From a virus: a stretch of DNA of 64,000 bases. The notes beneath the pieces are model-generated. The model worked only from the letters and a program-made list of their open reading frames with translations. It had not been told where the DNA came from and ran no database searches. The stretch lies in IMG/VR virus record IMGVR_UViG_3300025383_001098. One strand, 5' to 3'. Positions 62,814-64,000 of this stretch are shown here, one piece after another (the first letter of the stretch is position 1; each line of letters opens with the position of its first letter). The position numbers and the translations under genes were made by a program.

Positions 62814-63773
62814 ATGAAATTTTTTGAAATAGCCAACGGCCTTGAAAGTCGTCCAATTGTCTATGTAGACATGGATGGTGTTTTAGCTGATTTCTTTGGT
62901 CCTATTGCTCAACATCACGGTGTAAAAACCTGGCGCGATGCACGTCGTCAACGTAGAGCTAACCAAAGCAAAATTGATAAAATTGCAAAAAAGCCAGGAT
63001 ATTTCCTACACCTAAAACCCTTGCCCAATGCCGGTCGATTAATACACGGTGTTCTTAAACTTGCAAATCGATACAGTATTTTAAGTAGTCCATTGTTAAG
63101 TGAAGTAGAACAAAGTAGCCGTGAAAAATCTGAGTGGTTACAAAAACATCTCAAAAGCAATCCACCACGTGCTGTATTATTTGATCATGAAAAGTTCAAA
63201 TATGCCAAGCAGGCCGATGGCACGCCTAACATTCTAATTGACGACTATGATACTAACATACACCTATGGGAAGCCAATGGTGGCATTGGAATTTTATACC
63301 GAGATGAAGATTGTGCAACTGCACTAAAACAATTACAGGCTGCACTACATGGCCGATTTACTCGTACGTTCAAAGAACCCCTGGCAGTTTTACAAAAAGA
63401 AATAGAACAGACCAACGAAGACTCTGACATTAAAGAACGTCTCTATACAAATCAACAGGTATTAAAATATGTAAAGGGTATTCATAAAGAATATCATTTA
63501 GATGATCCAATTTTAGATCACAAGACCTGGATATTAAAAATGGTTCCCACTGAAGAACTTAGTAGTCCAGAAAAATACGATCAAGATGATCGTTATCGCA
63601 GAGTTATTGATCTTGATTGGGATCATATCAAGAACATTACAAAACACGACATTTTTAACCGACCCGTTGTAGCCGATGATCAAGGCTGGGTGCTGGATGG
63701 AAATCACCGTGTTACAGCAGCCCGGGCAAAAGGTATAGAATCTATTCCGGCTTTTGTCCCCTACCATAAATAA
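62814..63773 (+). CDS. HAD 5'(3')-deoxyribonucleotidase fused to a ParB/Srx-like domain
   Basis: VYVDMDGVLADF, ILIDDY..N...W...GGIGI; C-terminal PVVAD...VLDGNHRVTAA. Confidence 0.85.
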   Translation: MKFFEIANGLESRPIVYVDMDGVLADFFGPIAQHHGVKTWRDARRQRRANQSKIDKIAKKPGYFLHLKPLPNAGRLIHGVLKLANRYSILSSPLLSEVEQSSREKSEWLQKHLKSNPPRAVLFDHEKFKYAKQADGTPNILIDDYDTNIHLWEANGGIGILYRDEDCATALKQLQAALHGRFTRTFKEPLAVLQKEIEQTNEDSDIKERLYTNQQVLKYVKGIHKEYHLDDPILDHKTWILKMVPTEELSSPEKYDQDDRYRRVIDLDWDHIKNITKHDIFNRPVVADDQGWVLDGNHRVTAARAKGIESIPAFVPYHK

Positions 63774-63793
63774 ATCATAACAGGAGATTTTCA

Positions 63794-64000
63794 ATGAAAA
63801 AATTAATCACGGTTGTTGCCCTGGCCCTTGTTGCTTTAACCAGCACTCAAGTGTTTGCATGGAATCAACGCCAGCCAAATCCAGTAGCACAATGCCAAGT
63901 ACACGCACCATATGGATTGCCAAATGTACAAGGTAATATCCAACCAATTTGCCGCGAAGCATATTTGGTAGGTTACGATGCTCCAGCAAAACTACCACGT
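63794..64000 (+). CDS. exported DNA/RNA non-specific endonuclease (NucA-like), 3'-truncated
   Basis: AGGAG SD; signal peptide; ICREAYLVGYDAPAKLP N-terminal motif; active site lies outside the window. Confidence 0.6.
   Translation, partial: MKKLITVVALALVALTSTQVFAWNQRQPNPVAQCQVHAPYGLPNVQGNIQPICREAYLVGYDAPAKLPR

Noticed and set aside
63807-63998. Minus-strand 63-aa ORF
   Set aside because: The plus-strand frame from 63794 has an SD, a signal peptide and nuclease-like sequence, and runs off the window end
1-64000. CRISPR array, tRNA or rRNA genes
   Set aside because: No regularly spaced repeat-spacer units and no cloverleaf with a T-loop consensus were seen in the intergenic gaps; a tRNAscan run would still be prudent
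1-64000. Stop-codon reassignment
   Set aside because: Conserved genes are full length in the standard code, and TAA, TAG and TGA all terminate genes at expected positions

Overview
This window is a 64 kb, AT-rich, gene-dense segment of a large T4-like (myovirus/jumbo-type) phage read in the standard code. The host is probably a freshwater proteobacterium, most likely Burkholderiales-like; this is inferred from IscU/IscA, the class Ia NrdAB-Grx, DesA, PlcP and the phasin/GNAT genes. Replication and nucleotide genes: primase end, gp41-like helicase, exonucleases, nrdA/nrdB/grx, uvsE. Virion genes: PAAR, tail fibre, SleB hydrolase, and a block of putative internal head proteins with T4-like capsid-targeting leaders. 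Host-derived genes: iscU, iscA, rpsU, hsp20, clpS, ugd, desaturase. The most striking region (33.7-48.4 kb) is an envelope island. It holds a curli-type secretion module (CsgF, CsgG, two curlin-repeat proteins, and a FecR protein with a curlin-like tail), a CHASE2 receptor class III cyclase, a PlcP+GT4 phospholipid-replacement pair with Pho-box-like sites, a desaturase and holin-like membrane proteins. Other signals: a phasin-like gene whose promoter spacer carries a PhaR-type box; a ROSE-like structured leader shared by hsp20 and that gene; many leaderless genes; T4-style hairpins that would restrict translation to late transcripts; a dispersed glycan-modification toolkit; and a candidate small pseudoknotted RNA. 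All family assignments come from motif recognition by eye; no database search was run. No tRNA, CRISPR array, intron/intein or transposase was seen.
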